A stretch of 64,000 bases of DNA, from NCBI GenBank assembly GCA_000004695.1, contig CM000152.2, forward strand, positions 3,264,001 to 3,328,000, in the 5' to 3' direction. This stretch comes from Dictyostelium discoideum. Lineage: Eukaryota. The translations under genes were made by a program, and so were the position numbers. Shown here one piece after another: positions 13,914 through 27,769 of the stretch; position 1 is the first letter of the stretch; every line of letters starts with the position of its first letter. A model generated the notes under the pieces. It was given only the letters and a program-made list of their open reading frames with translations. It was not told the origin of the DNA and searched no databases.

Positions 13914-14338
13914 TTTATTATTTGTTTTTAAATTTTGTTTTTAAACTAATTTTTTATTAATTTTTTTTTCCCTTAAATATTTTTTTTTAAGGTTAAAAAA
14001 AAAAAATGTCAAAAAACTAATTATGATACCATTAATGGTCCTTTAATTTTATTTTTTATTATTTATTTAAAATCTATTTTTTTTTTATTTTATTTTTTTT
14101 TAATAAAATGTTAATTAATTAATTAATTTTTTTATTTTTTTTTTTTTGGTTTTGAACCACGAATTTTTTAATTCAGGAAATTATACTAAAATAGAAAAAA
14201 AAAAAAAAAAAAAAAAAAAAAAGAAAAAAATGTTTTTATTCTAAAAAAATTTTTTTTTTAATTTTTTTATTATTTTTTTATTTTTTGACGGATTTTGTTT
14301 AAATGACTATTTAAAAAATATAAAAAATAATAATAAAA

Positions 14339-14570
14339 TTAATTATAAATTACACCAGTCATACATTCATTATTTATACAAGGGAAACCATTACAAAATT
14401 TTGTAGAATATTTACAAATATTCGATATTAAATCACAAGTATAGGTTTCACATAAATTATATCTATTACATTCAATATCAGTTGAACATGGCACTTTTAT
14501 AGAACATTCAATTTGTTCGTGGTAACAGCCGTACATTATTGAGCAAAAATCTGATGTACATGGATCTATA

Positions 14571-14602
<32 letters not shown>

Positions 14603-14632
14603 GTTATTTGTTGAATTAATATTATTATTATT

Positions 14633-14707
<75 letters not shown>

Positions 14708-15326
14708 CCATTATCATCACAAGAAATATTTGTATGAACACAACCATTTGGTCCACAAGAATCAATAGTACAGAAATCATTATCTTCACAATTTTTTAAT
14801 GTATGTTGGCAAGTATTAGTGAAATCACAAAAATCATCTGTACATGGATTGTTATCATTACAATTCTTTTGACAGATTACACTTGGGTGTTTATTATTTG
14901 GTAAAGAAAAACAACCGTAACCATTATGACAAAAATCATCAGTACAAGGGTCACCATCGTCACAATTTGCTTTTGTATTAATACAACTACCATTATTTAA
15001 ATCACAAGAAACTATATGACATGCATCTATACGTACACATTTATCAATTCCATAACATCCAGCACGAGGATTACAATAATGATTTACACAGTTATTATTA
15101 AGACTAGAACAACTTGCACTTGTACACTTTACAATTGTACCTTTTTTAAAAAATAAAATAAAATAAAATAATATAAAAAATGATATAAGAAAAAAAAAAA
15201 AATTAGTTAAAAATATATTTAAAATTATTATTAAAAAAAAATAATAATAGTTTTTTTATTATATATATTACCATTTGAAAATGAAATTATTGAAAGAATA
15301 AATGATAGAATTATAATACTCTTCAT
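14339..15326 (-). CDS. Secreted Dicty_CTDC-type cysteine-rich repeat protein (ecmA/ecmB-like 24-residue C..D.NPCT.D.C repeats), 3 exons: 15326-15272, 15140-14709, 14565-14339
   Basis: Exon 1 is the signal peptide MKSIIILSFILSIISFSN with a GTAATA donor. Exons 2-3 give repeated ..C.DDNPCTDDFCD....C......C.DNDFCTIDSC... motifs. Intron 2 (14566-14708) contains an uninterrupted roughly 60-nt homopolymer. The frame is continuous with the splices chosen. Confidence 0.75.
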
Positions 15327-16263
15327 CTTTTTTAAGAATAATAATTCTTTTTTTTTTTTTGTTTAAAATTTTTTTTTTTTTTTTTTTATTCTTAGTTTTG
15401 TTGATTGTAATGAATAAATAGGAAAGGGAAAAAAAAATAAAAAAGAAAAAAAAAATTTAAAATTTATTTCTAATTATTTTAATAGGAAAAAATAGATTAT
15501 TAGTGGTTTTTTGAAATTGCAGAAATCATTTTTATCATAATCCATTTGGTTTAAGGGTGGTTTTTATTTTTTTTTTTAAAAAGGAATTTAATTTCATATT
15601 ATTATTTTTTTTATTTTTTTTTAAAAAAAGTAAATATAATTTCTGCCCCTATAATCTTGATTTTTTTTTAAAAAAAAAATTAATTTTAATAATTTAAGAA
15701 TGAAGTTATAGAATACAATAATTTATTATTCTTGAATATTTACCAATCAACAAAAATAATCCAATTATTGGTGTTGTTATTTTTTATGGTACTAACGCTT
15801 AAACTAAATCTTGAAAATAATAATAATAATAATAACAAAATAATATTAGAAAAAAAAAAATAATAAAATCACAATAATAATTAAAAATGTAAAACTGGAA
15901 ATAATCATTTTTTACATGTAATTTTAAAAAAAAAAAAAAAAAAAACTAAACTTTTAAAAAATTATTCTTAATTTTTTAATTTTTAAATAGTTTGTGGTGT
16001 AAAAAATAAATGTTACTGTTATATATTAATTTATTTTTTATATAATGAGTTTTAAACTTTTATTTTTAGAAGTTAAGAAAATTAAAACTAATTTATTATA
16101 ATCAATTTTATATTGACTCTTTTTTTATTTTATTTAAAAATATATATAAATAATTTAAAATATTATGATATCAAAAAACAATATATATTTTTTATTCATA
16201 AATGTAATTTATTATAATAATATGGTGTGGGTTATTTATATATTTTTGTGTGATTGAAGGAGT

Positions 16264-16320
<57 letters not shown>

Positions 16321-16487
16321 GGGTAAGGGGTATTAATATATTATTATTATTATTTTTTTTTTTTAATTTTTTTTTTTTTTTTATTATTATTTTTTTTTTT
16401 TTAATCTTTTAATTATTAAAATTATATTTATATTACAATAAAAATTCATATTAAAATTATATTAATAAAAGTAAAAAGTAATTAGAA

Positions 16488-16946
16488 ATGATAAATCATA
16501 ATATTATTAGTTTTAAAAAATTTGAAGCTATTTTTGAACAACGTCCAGGTGGTTTAGAACTTAATATGCCAATAGAAATTGGTAGTAATAATGTTGATTT
16601 AACATCAAAACCATTCAATATTAAAGGTGGATCACATTACAAGGTTAAAATTGGTTATATGGCAAGTGAACCAATCACAGATTTAATTTGCCAAATTCAT
16701 ACATTTAGAAAATCCACACCATACGGAAGAGATACTCAAAAAGTTGGTGACATTTGTGCAAATACAAATGACTTGGAATTTGATTTCCCAAAATTTGGTT
16801 GGGAGCAAGCTTCAACTCAATCATCGTCAATGGGTGATTACACAATTAAAATGTATTTCAAAGGTAATGGAAATCAAGATCTTGCAACTTTCTTTTATTC
16901 TTTTAATGTTGCTCCAGATTGGGAAAATGCTTTACCAATAAATTAA
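16488..16946 (+). CDS. Rho GDP-dissociation inhibitor lacking the N-terminal regulatory arm (RhoGDI2-like), 152 aa, single exon
   Basis: Contains only the RhoGDI C-terminal immunoglobulin-like geranylgeranyl-binding domain: ..TSKPFNIKGGSHYKVKIGY...TFRKSTPYGRDTQKVGDI...DYTIKMYFKGNGNQDL... Compare the canonical ..KEGVEYRIKISF..YMVGSYGPR..YSIKSRFTDDD. It matches the published description of Dictyostelium RhoGDI2 (rdiB) as a short GDI. Confidence 0.7.
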   Translation: MINHNIISFKKFEAIFEQRPGGLELNMPIEIGSNNVDLTSKPFNIKGGSHYKVKIGYMASEPITDLICQIHTFRKSTPYGRDTQKVGDICANTNDLEFDFPKFGWEQASTQSSSMGDYTIKMYFKGNGNQDLATFFYSFNVAPDWENALPIN

Positions 16947-17112
16947 ATTTAAAAATAACAATAAAAATTATAATTAATAAATAAAGTTTTTTTATTTATT
17001 TATTTAAAATTTTATTTACAAATTAAAGATTCTATTTTATTTTTTTTAATTTTTTAATTTTTTTTTTTTTTTTTTTTTTTTAAAATGAAGGATTAAATTA
17101 TTTGTAAATAGT

Positions 17113-18389
<1,277 letters not shown>

Positions 18390-19499
18390 TATTTAATTAA
18401 TTTAAATATACAAAAAAAATAATTTTTTATAATTAATATCTCTATTTTATTTTTAATAATCTAGAGTTTTGTTTATAGTATTGTAAAAAAAAAAAAAATA
18501 AAAATCTTTTGAAAGTTTTTTAGAGAGTATAGAAAAAAATAAAATGGAAAAAAAAATAAAAAAATAAAAATAAATACTAATTTAATTTCAGTGTCCAAAA
18601 ACTGCAAAATAAATTTAAATTATTAAAAATTTAATTATTTTTTTATTTTTTTATTTTTTTTTTTTTATTGTCAATATTATTATTTTTATTTTTATTTTTA
18701 TTTTTATTTTTATTTTTATTTTTATTTTTATTTTTATTTTTATTTTTATTTTTATTTTTTTTTTTTATTTTTTTATTTTAATTTAATTAAAATAATTTGT
18801 TTTTATTATTAAAGATTATTTTTATCATTATTTTGAAAAAAAAAAAAAAAAAAATTGCCGATTCCTTGTTGTTGTCATTTAGGATAGCACTAAGAGAATG
18901 TTGTTCATTTCTCAATAAAAAAACAACAATTTTTCTATTTTTAATAAATTTTGATTATTATAATAATTTGTAATATTTTTTTTTTTTTTTTTTTTTTGGG
19001 ATTTTAATTATTTTTTATTTTTTATTTTTTTTTTTTTTTAATTTATTTTATGGTGGTGTGTTGTTTTAACCACATTGTAATTTCTTGTTGAAGAATATTG
19101 ACTAAAATGGATATTAATTTTTTTTTTTTTTTTTTTTTTTTAATGAAATAAAGTTATTTTTATTTTTTTACATATTTCCCTTTTGGTCTAAAAGATAATT
19201 TTTCATTAGATATTATTAATAACAATCAACTTTATTTAAAATTAATTATTTGATTTTTTTTTTTTTTTTATTATTTTTTTTTTTTTTTTTTAATTATTAT
19301 TTTTTTATTTTTTTTTTATTTCATTTTATTGTAATTAAATTTAATTAAAAGAATATAAATGAAAGAATTATAACAAAAAGAATTATATAAATTAATGTAA
19401 ATGAGCCAAGATGTGAATTTTTTTTAATTTAACCCAACTTCTGAATAACGGTCAAAAAAAAAAAAAAAAAAAAAAAAAAGATTAATTCTTTTAAATCAG

Positions 19500-19531
<32 letters not shown>

Positions 19532-19771
19532 AATTAATTGATAAGTTAGAATTTAAATTAAAAATTTAATTGTTTTAAAAACTTTATTTTTTTATTTTAT
19601 TTTATTTATTTTTTTTTTTTATTATTTTTGTCTTTTTCTTTTTTATTTTATTTTTTTTTTTTTATTTTTTTTTAATTTCAGAAAACAAAGAAATATTATT
19701 TTTAAACCTGTATCACAAATAATCTGTATCACAAAATAAATAAAAAAATAGGAAAAAAAAAAAAAAAAAAA

Positions 19772-19988
19772 ATGAAAAATCTTTTTAAATTAAATTTCTT
19801 ATTTATTATTTTTATATTCATCTCAATATTTGCATTTCCAACAAATTCACAAAATACATGTCCCTCAGGATCATTAAATTCAACTGCAATTCCAATTAAA
19901 ATAATTATTGCCTCAAATTCAATTGCTAAAAATCCACCATTAAGTGGTATGCTTGCTGGTTCAGTTTGTTCATCAATCAGTGTGTATA

Positions 19989-20038
<50 letters not shown>

Positions 20039-20320
20039 TTTTAATTTTAAAAAGATTTACTAATAGTTATTATTATTATTATTTTTTTTTTTTTTTTTTT
20101 TATCTTTAAAAATTAAATAGCTGGAACAATAACAACATTTACTTTTCCAAATGGACCAATTATTAATACAGTACCATCAGGATTAATTGGTAAACCAATT
20201 ATTGGAAAAATAGTTTTAGATTATTTAAATGCAAAATATGGTTTGGATTTTTCAACTGCAACTATCTCACAATCCAGCAGCACAGTTTCAATTAGTATTT
20301 CAAATATTGTAAAACATTAA
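19772..20320 (+). CDS. Small secreted protein (about 134 aa), 2 exons: 19772-19979, 20121-20320
   Basis: Signal peptide [34 protein letters not shown] donor follows ..SSI. The ..aaatag acceptor restores the frame to [66 protein letters not shown]. The unspliced read-through runs into poly-T (FFFFF..), which supports the intron. Confidence 0.6.
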
Positions 20321-20705
20321 TTAATTATACTCTTTTTTAAAATTATTTATTAAAAATCAAATAAATAATAAAACCTTGTAAATAATAATAAAAAATAAAA
20401 TAATTTATTAATTAAAAAAAAAAAAAAAATAATTATCTAAACAAATTTTTAATTAATAATTTTAAAGGATAATATATTATTTCCATTAAATTTTAAAAAA
20501 AAAAACTTTTTACCCGTTTTTCAATTTTTCAATTTTTCAATTTTTTTTTTTCTTTTTTTTTTCAATTTTTTTTTTTTTCTTTTTTTTTTTTTTAATTAAT
20601 TTTTTAAAAAAAACAAACACACAATTTCTCTCCTAAAAAAAAACAAAAAACAAAAAACAAAAAACAAAAAAAAAAAAACAAATTAAAAAAAAAAAAAATA
20701 AAAAA

Positions 20706-21911
20706 ATGACAAAAAAGATTCAATTTAAAGGGACAACAGGCCAAAGCGCAACACGTTGGGAAAAAAGATGGATAAATGTCGGACATATGAAACTTTTAAA
20801 ATGGGTACCAAGTATGTATACATAATCTATACCATATGTTTATATACATATAAATTAAATATATAAATATATTATTATATTATTCATATACAAATAATTT
20901 TTTTTTACTAACTATGGTTATTAATTTTTGAAAAAAAATAAAAAATAAAAAAATAAAAAAAATAAAAATTTTATTAAACACCTAAAAAAAAAATTATTAT
21001 TATTATTATTATTATTATTTTTATAATTATTATTAATTTAATAAATTAAAGCAAAAATAAAGAGACCAACACCAACACAAGGTAATGTTAGAAAAGAAGG
21101 TGGATTAACAACTAGACAAACACCTTCACAAAATATGGAAACTAGATACACAAGATCAAATCGTAGAGTTATTGGTGATAAAAAGAATGCAGAACATGAT
21201 GAAGCATTTGAAATGATGTATTTAAATAGTTTACCAAAAACAAGAAGAACCACTAAAAAGATGGATTTACTCCAAAAGAAACATTTACAAGATGCAGGTT
21301 TAGTTGATACTGATTTACATGCCTCATCTGCTGATGAAAAATCCTCAACACCAAATAAAATAATTAAAACACCTCCACCAAAAAGAGCACCAGGTAGAGT
21401 TAAATCAATGTTATCACCTTCTCAAGATACAGCAATGTCAAATATAGGTTCAGATAGTGAATTAACTTCAAAATCAAATGATGAACAAGAAACTGTTAAA
21501 AGTCCTTCAAGAAATTCTAGAATAACTCCAAAAAGAAACAGTAATACAGGTTCATCAACTCCAACAACAACAACTACAACTACAACACAAACACCACAAC
21601 CAACAACAACAGCATTAAACACTCCAACTACTACTACTACTACTACTACCACTACACCAACTACAAAATCAAAAACTAATTTAGATGAATCAATGGATGA
21701 TAAAGATAGTGGTGTCAGTGAAGACGAATCAAAAAAATCTAAAAACAACAACAACACAAATAATACCGATAATAAAAAAGATGAAAGTTTAAATAATAAT
21801 AATAATAATAATAATAACAATAATAATAATAGTTCAAATGAAAAAATGGAAATTGAATCATCAAATAATTTAGACAATGGAAAAAATAGTGAATCTTCTT
21901 CAAACTTTTAA
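20706..21911 (+). CDS. Ser/Thr/Asn-rich low-complexity protein with a short conserved-looking N-terminal exon; 2 exons: 20706-20811, 21052-21911
   Basis: Exon 1, MTKKIQFKGTTGQSATRWEKRWINVGHMKLLKWVP, is unusually GC-rich for non-coding DNA and ends at a canonical GTATGT donor. The acceptor ..aaattaaag|CA joins in-frame to TKIKRPTPTQGNVRKEGGLTTRQTPSQNMETRYTRSNRR... (ORF 21135-21911). The body is polyT(hr), polyN and acidic. Confidence 0.55.
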
Positions 21912-22063
21912 TTTATAAAAGTAATAATAAAAAACAAACAAAAAAAAAAAAAAAAAAAAAAACAGATAAAAATAAAACTGTAATTGTAAAAAATAATCTA
22001 AAAATATCTTTCTTGTTAAAAAAAAAAAAAATCAATTTAATCTAAGAAAATGTTAAACCCATG

Positions 22064-22099
<36 letters not shown>

Positions 22100-22143
22100 T
22101 TTTATTTTTAATTTTTTTTTTATTATTATTATTAATATTATTT

Positions 22144-22889
22144 TTACTTTTTACCTAAATTACCAAACATTTTTAATAAATCTGGATTATTGAGAAGACT
22201 AGCCATATCACCATTATCCATCATTTCTTTCATTTTTGGATCAGACATTAAGTTGTTTGCTAAACCTCTAATTGCTGGATTACTTAAGAGTGAACCAAAA
22301 TCTAAACCACCTAAATCTGGCATACCTGGAATATTTGGCATAGCTGGTGCTTGATTGTTTGCAGCAGCAGCAAGTCTTTCAGCATTGGCAAGTGATGCTT
22401 TAAAAGTTTCATTATTTGGTTCTAATTCAATTGCTTTATTATATGCTTCCATTGCTTCTGAGAATTTACCTAATGATGTATATGCAGAACTTTATATATA
22501 TATATATATTTATTAGATATAAGAAAATATATTATTATTATTATTAATTATTTTATGAAAAAAAGTAAAAAAAAAACATACCCCATTCTAGTGTATGCTT
22601 TACCATAATTTGGATTTCTTTTAATTGCTTCAAGACAATCTTCAATTGATTTTTCAAAGTTTTGTAAAGCAGAATAAGTGGCAGCTCTATTTGCAAAGTA
22701 AATAGCGTTGGTGTTATCATAAAGAATTGCTTTATTGTAACATGAAAGTGCTTCTTGATGTTTACCTTCATTCAATTTAGCATTACCTTCATTCTTTAAT
22801 TTTTCAGCAATAGCTTTAACTTCACCTGCTTTACTTTCCATGAACTTTTGTTTTGTTGCTTTAATAACTGTTTCACATGCTTAATATAA

Positions 22890-22920
<31 letters not shown>

Positions 22921-23386
22921 TTGGTAAAACGAGAAATGTAATTGATATTATTATATATTATTATTCAAAATATATATATATATATATATATTATTGTGTG
23001 TTGTGTGAAATAAAATAAAACCTACAATCTTCATTTGCAAAAGCACCTTTTTGTTCAAGAATTGTGATAAATTGTTTAAATGATTCAAGAAGTTCGTATG
23101 GGATTTCACTATAAGTTTGATTTAATAATTCTTCTTTTGAAAGTTTTGTAGTGGTGGTAGTGGTGGTGGTGGTGGTATTGGTATTATTTTCACCAATGAA
23201 TTTATCGAAAATTTCAGATAATGGTGCTGAAACTTGTAAAGTTGAATCATTTTCATCTACTCCGAAAACATCTCTAATACATTCGACTGCAACTTGTAAA
23301 CTTTCAGCATTCTCTGCATCTTCTTTCATTGATACTTTTAAAAAGTTTAAAATACTAACTGCTAATTTTTGTTTATTTGATGCCAT
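22144..23386 (-). CDS. Small glutamine-rich TPR-containing protein (SGT) co-chaperone homolog; 3 exons: 23386-23026, 22879-22582, 22489-22144
   Basis: N-terminal SGT dimerisation region: MASNKQKLAVSILNFLKVSMKEDAENAESLQVAVECIRDVFGV... Three TPRs: ..AEKLKNEGNAKLNEGKHQEALSCYNKAILYDNTNAIYFANRAATYSALQNFEKSIEDCLEAIKRNPNYGKAYTRMG|SAYTSLGKFSEAMEAYNKAIELEPNN.. Gln/Met-rich C-terminus ..PAMPNIPGMPDLGGLDFGSLLSNP..MKEMMDNGDM.. Donors GTAGGT and GTATGT; acceptors ..ttaag and ..ataaag. Confidence 0.8.
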
Positions 23387-23664
23387 CTTCTCAAATAATT
23401 TATTATTATTTTTAATGTTATTAGATGTAACCTATTATTATAATAAAATTTTAGAAAAAATAAAAAATAAAAAAATTAAAAAAATAAAAAAAAGGGTTGA
23501 AATTTAAAAAAAGAAAAATTAAAAAAAAAAAAAAAAAAATTAAAAAATGAAAAAAAAATATTATATTAAAATTTTTTTTTTTTTTTTTTTATTTTTTTTT
23601 TTTTTTATGGTGAAATAAAAAATAATAAAAATAATAATAAAAAAAATAATAATAATAGTAAAAA

Positions 23665-23946
23665 GTGGCAGCTTATAAAAGATTAATTCAAGAATATAAA
23701 GATTTAACAATTAATCCACCTGAAGGATTAGCAGCAGGACCAGTAAATGAAGAAAATTTATTTATATGGGAAGCTTATATTATGGGCCCACCTGATACTG
23801 ATTATGAAAATGGTGTTTTTACAGCAGTTTTAACATTTCCAACTGATTATCCTTTAAATCCACCAAAAATGAAATTCATTTCAGAAATGTTTCATCCAAA
23901 TGGTATGTTGATTTCATTTTTTTTTTTATTTTTTTATTTTCCATTT

Positions 23947-23983
<37 letters not shown>

Positions 23984-24431
23984 TGTGGTTTGGCAAATGA
24001 TTAATTAATTAATTAATGATTTATTGACATTTTCCAAATGGAATCTGAATATAATAAATAATAAATAAATAATTATTATTAGTATATCCAAATGGTGAAG
24101 TTTGTATAAGTATTTTACATCCACCTGGAGATGATCCAAATCATTATGAAAGTAGTGTTGAAAGATGGTCACCTGTTCAATCAGTTGAAAAAATATTATT
24201 ATCTGTTGTATCGATGTTATCTGAACCTGTAAGTTTTAAAATATAAATATAAACATTCCTTTAAATAAATCTTTTTTTTTTTCGTTTCTAACAATCAAAC
24301 GAATATAAATATATATATAGAATATAGAAAGTCCTGCAAATATTGAAGCAGCAAGAATGTGGAGAGATAATAAAAAACAATTTGGCGAAAAAGTACGAAT
24401 AACTGGTAAGAAAACATTAGAATTAATATAA
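23665..24431 (+). CDS. Ubiquitin-conjugating enzyme E2 of the UBE2G (Ubc7) class; 3 exons: 23665-23902, 24083-24228, 24321-24431 (the start codon is unresolved and may lie in an upstream micro-exon)
   Basis: ..[69 protein letters not shown]|[49 protein letters not shown]|[31 protein letters not shown].. This is the HPN..C active site with the UBE2G acidic-loop insertion. The first in-frame codon at 23665 is GTG, preceded by an in-frame TAA. An ATG (23607-23609) directly followed by GTGAAA could be a 3-nt start micro-exon, but phase-compatible splicing could not be established. Confidence 0.7.
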
Positions 24432-24731
24432 TAAATAATAAATAATAATAATAATAATAATGTAAAATAAAATATATGTATATAATCCTTGCAAAAAAAT
24501 ACACCATTTTTTTTATTTTCCATATATTTCCAAATTTTTAATTAATGGTTTGTAATGCGAGAGATTTTGAATAATAAAATTGATTGATAAAAAAAATAAT
24601 AAAAAAATAAATAAATTATCACGATTGTTTAATTATAATTAATGTACAATATTTGGTGGGGGTTTTTGTTATTGTTTGTTTCTTTTTTTTTCTATTTTTT
24701 TTTATTTTTTTTTTTTTTTATTTGACTTATT

Positions 24732-25517
24732 TTAATTACTGGTTTCAATTGTTGGTGTAGTAGATTCTACTGATGATGCTGTTGATGTTGTAATAGTTGT
24801 AGTTGTAGTAGTAGTATTTGAATTTTTATTTTCAATTGGTTTTTTTACGGGTTGCTTTGGCATTGGATATTTTTTCATTACTAAATCTAAATTTTTACCA
24901 AATACTGAACTCATTAATTGTGCTTTCTTTCCATCCAATACTTTATCTGATTGTAATTTTACAATAATTGATTCTGATTCTTTCCCTATTATATTTATTA
25001 TTATTATTATTATTAGTATAGTTTATTAATGATTGATAAATGTTTAGGTAGAATAATAATAATGATAATGAAACATACATTGTTCTTTAGTTGTATCTCT
25101 TCTTTGTTGACCTAATTTTAATTGAAATATTGCCCATTCAATTTGTCTATTAAATTTTTCTTCGGCAGTTTCTTCTTTTTTTGGTTCTGCTTTTGCTTTT
25201 GGTTTTGGTGTAGTTGTAGCAGTTGTAATAGTTGTTGCTTGAGCTGATTCTGTTGATGGTGATGATGATGATGATGATGAATCTTGTTCATTTAATTCAT
25301 TTTCTTTTTGTTTTAATTTCTTTTCTTTTTCTTTTAATCTTTTTTTTTGACCTTTAGATAGTTTTGTTGTTGTTTGATCATCGACTATATTTTCGTTATT
25401 ATTATTATTATTATTATTTTCTTTATTTATATCTAAATTCTCTAATTTTGACTCAATGCTGGTGGTTGTTTCCGTGATTGTAGTTGCTGAGGTGGTTGGC
25501 AAAGTGTTTGTGTCCAT
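24732..25517 (-). CDS. Hypothetical K/E/T-rich protein; 2 exons: 25517-25079, 24985-24732
   Basis: ORFs 25044-25517 and 24732-24938 are joined by a GTATGT...ataatag intron (24986-25078) that restores the frame: ..EEKFNRQIEWAIFQLKLGQQRRDTTKEQ|WKESESIIVKLQSDKVLDGKKAQLMSSVFGKNLDLVMKKYPMPK.. No domain recognised. Confidence 0.55.
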
Positions 25518-25635
25518 TTTTATATAGGAAAAAATAAATAAAAAAAATAAATTTGACTAAAAAGACGAATTTATGTTGTTGGGGATTGTTTTTTTTTTTG
25601 AGGGGCGCAGCGTTCGTTTTTTTTTTTTTTAATTT

Positions 25636-25677
<42 letters not shown>

Positions 25678-26143
25678 TCTTTCAATAATTGAGTTAATAT
25701 CTACAAATATCAATGTTTTTTCAAGTCGGGAGGGGTTTAATTAAATTTTATTCAATGCAAATAAAAATAATATTGAGGAATTTAAATTTTTAAAAATTAT
25801 AATTTTATTTATAAAAAAAAAAATTGATGACGTTTTTAAAATAGATTTTTTTTTGTAAATAAGGTTAGCACCTGTCACCAAAATAGAATATAATCATTAT
25901 TATTAATATTAATATTATTATAATTTTAAAAAGGAGCTTGTTGTAAAAAAAAAAAAAGATATTTTTTAGATTTTTTTTTTTTTTTTTTTTTTTTTTTCAA
26001 TTGATTAAAGAAAATATCCACTTTAAAATATCTTCTTTTTTTGCCAAATTTAAATATTTTTTTATTTTTTTATTGTTTTTTTATTTTTTTAATGTTTTTT
26101 TATAATAAGATAATTATTTAATGGGCTGGAACATGTAAAGTAA

Positions 26144-26180
<37 letters not shown>

Positions 26181-27769
26181 AAAAATTAGTGTATGTATTT
26201 TTCCAGAAAGTTCTTTGGGGGATTGAAGAGGTAAAGAACATATTTTTGTAGTTGTTTTTTTTTTTTTATTTTTTTTTTTTTTCCGCACTATCGTAAAAAA
26301 AAAAAAAAAAATAAGATGGTTAGGGCTATTCAAAAGATGATTTTTTTTTCTCATGAGCGCCATGGCGAATTTTTTTGGTATTGACGTTAGTTGATATTTT
26401 ATTTTTTTTTATTTTTTTATTTTTTTTTTATTTTTTTTTATTTTAATTTTTTTTTTTTTTTTTTTTTTTATAGGGAGTATTGTCAACAAACGTTTCTGTT
26501 TTTCTTTTTTCTTTTCACTTTTTATTTTTTTTTTTTTTTTTTTTTATTTTTATTTTTTTTTTTTTTTTTTTTTTCATTTTTCAAATAATATCCAATATAA
26601 ATATAAATATATATATATATTTTTGTACATTAAAGGTTAGTCTTTATTATCCTACTTTTTTTAATAATAATAATAATAATAATAATAATTAATAGTAATT
26701 AAAAAAAAAAAAAAAAAAAAAAATCTTGGTTTTCAATAAAACAATTATATTAATTATATTTACCTTTAACCAAATAATATCAAAATTTGATAGGCCAAAT
26801 AGGTTAAAATCCGAATATCATTTTTGAAAATTGAAAATTTTTTCAATATTAAACCATAAAAAAAAAAATTGATTAGAGAATCTCCCTGATGTAAGTGCAA
26901 AGATTTCCCATTATTTTTTTTTTTTTCCAATTTTTTTTTTTTTTTGAGAAGTTTTGCCTTTTTATTGTGGCTTCTTTTTTTTTTTTTTTTTTGGATATAA
27001 TCAAGGTTATACTTTTATTTTTTTTTTAATTAATTTAAAAATTTTTTTTTTTTTTTTTTTGTTGTTTTTTTTTTTTGTTGTTTTTTTTTTTTTTTGTTGT
27101 TTTTTTTTTTTTTCTTTTTTTAAAAAATTTAGTTGAACAATAAATTTAAATATTCAATCTTGATTAGAGAAAAAAAAAAAAAAAAAAATCAATAAAATGT
27201 AAAGTTATTTTATTTTTTTATTTTGTTAAATACTTCACCCATTTCCTTTTTAGTTAGTATTTTGGAAATAATATTTCGTGTAACCCTACATCACTAATTT
27301 TTTTTTTTCATTTGCAACCAAACTCCACTCAATTTTTATTTTTTTTTATTTTTTTTTTTTTTTTTAATGTTTTGTTTTGTTTTAGATATTTTTTTTATCC
27401 AAATTATCAAAAAAAAAAAAAAAAATTGTTTAGAAAAATAGGCTATCAATTTTTTTTTTTTTTTTATAATATTTTTTTTTTTTTTCTCGATATCCAAACA
27501 TATTCAAAATAATTTATATTTATCATAATAAAAAAAAAAAAAAATTAAAATAAAATAAAATTTATTTTTATTTTTTTAAAAAAAAAAAAAACAAAATCAT
27601 TTTTCATTCACCATAATTTATTTATTTAATTTATTTATTTAATTTATTTATTTAATTTATTTATTAACAAATTAAAAAAAAAAATACAAAAAAAAAAAAA
27701 AAATTAAATATAATTAAATATAATTATAGCAATTTAAAAATTTAAAAAAAAAAAAAGAATTTAATAAAA

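Noticed and set aside
18690-18760. Regularly spaced direct repeats (ATTTTT)n, and other tandem arrays (18030-18180, 43795-43872, 41600-41797), examined as possible CRISPR-like arrays
   Set aside because: The units are 4-30 nt with no unique spacers, in a eukaryotic genome. They are micro- and minisatellites, not CRISPR.
23607-23666. A 3-nt first exon 'ATG|gtgaaa...aaaag|TGGCAGCT' for the UBE2G-like gene
   Set aside because: The donor after ATG is phase 0 but the only acceptor (a23664-g23665) requires phase 1, so the frames do not join. The start codon is left unresolved.
26330-26395. Possible C/D-box snoRNA ('aagatgatt' ... 'catgagcgccatggcgaat')
   Set aside because: The C box is imperfect (AGAUGA rather than UGAUGA), there is no D box (CUGA) at an appropriate distance, and there is no terminal stem. 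It is kept only as part of the low-confidence 'GC islet' finding.
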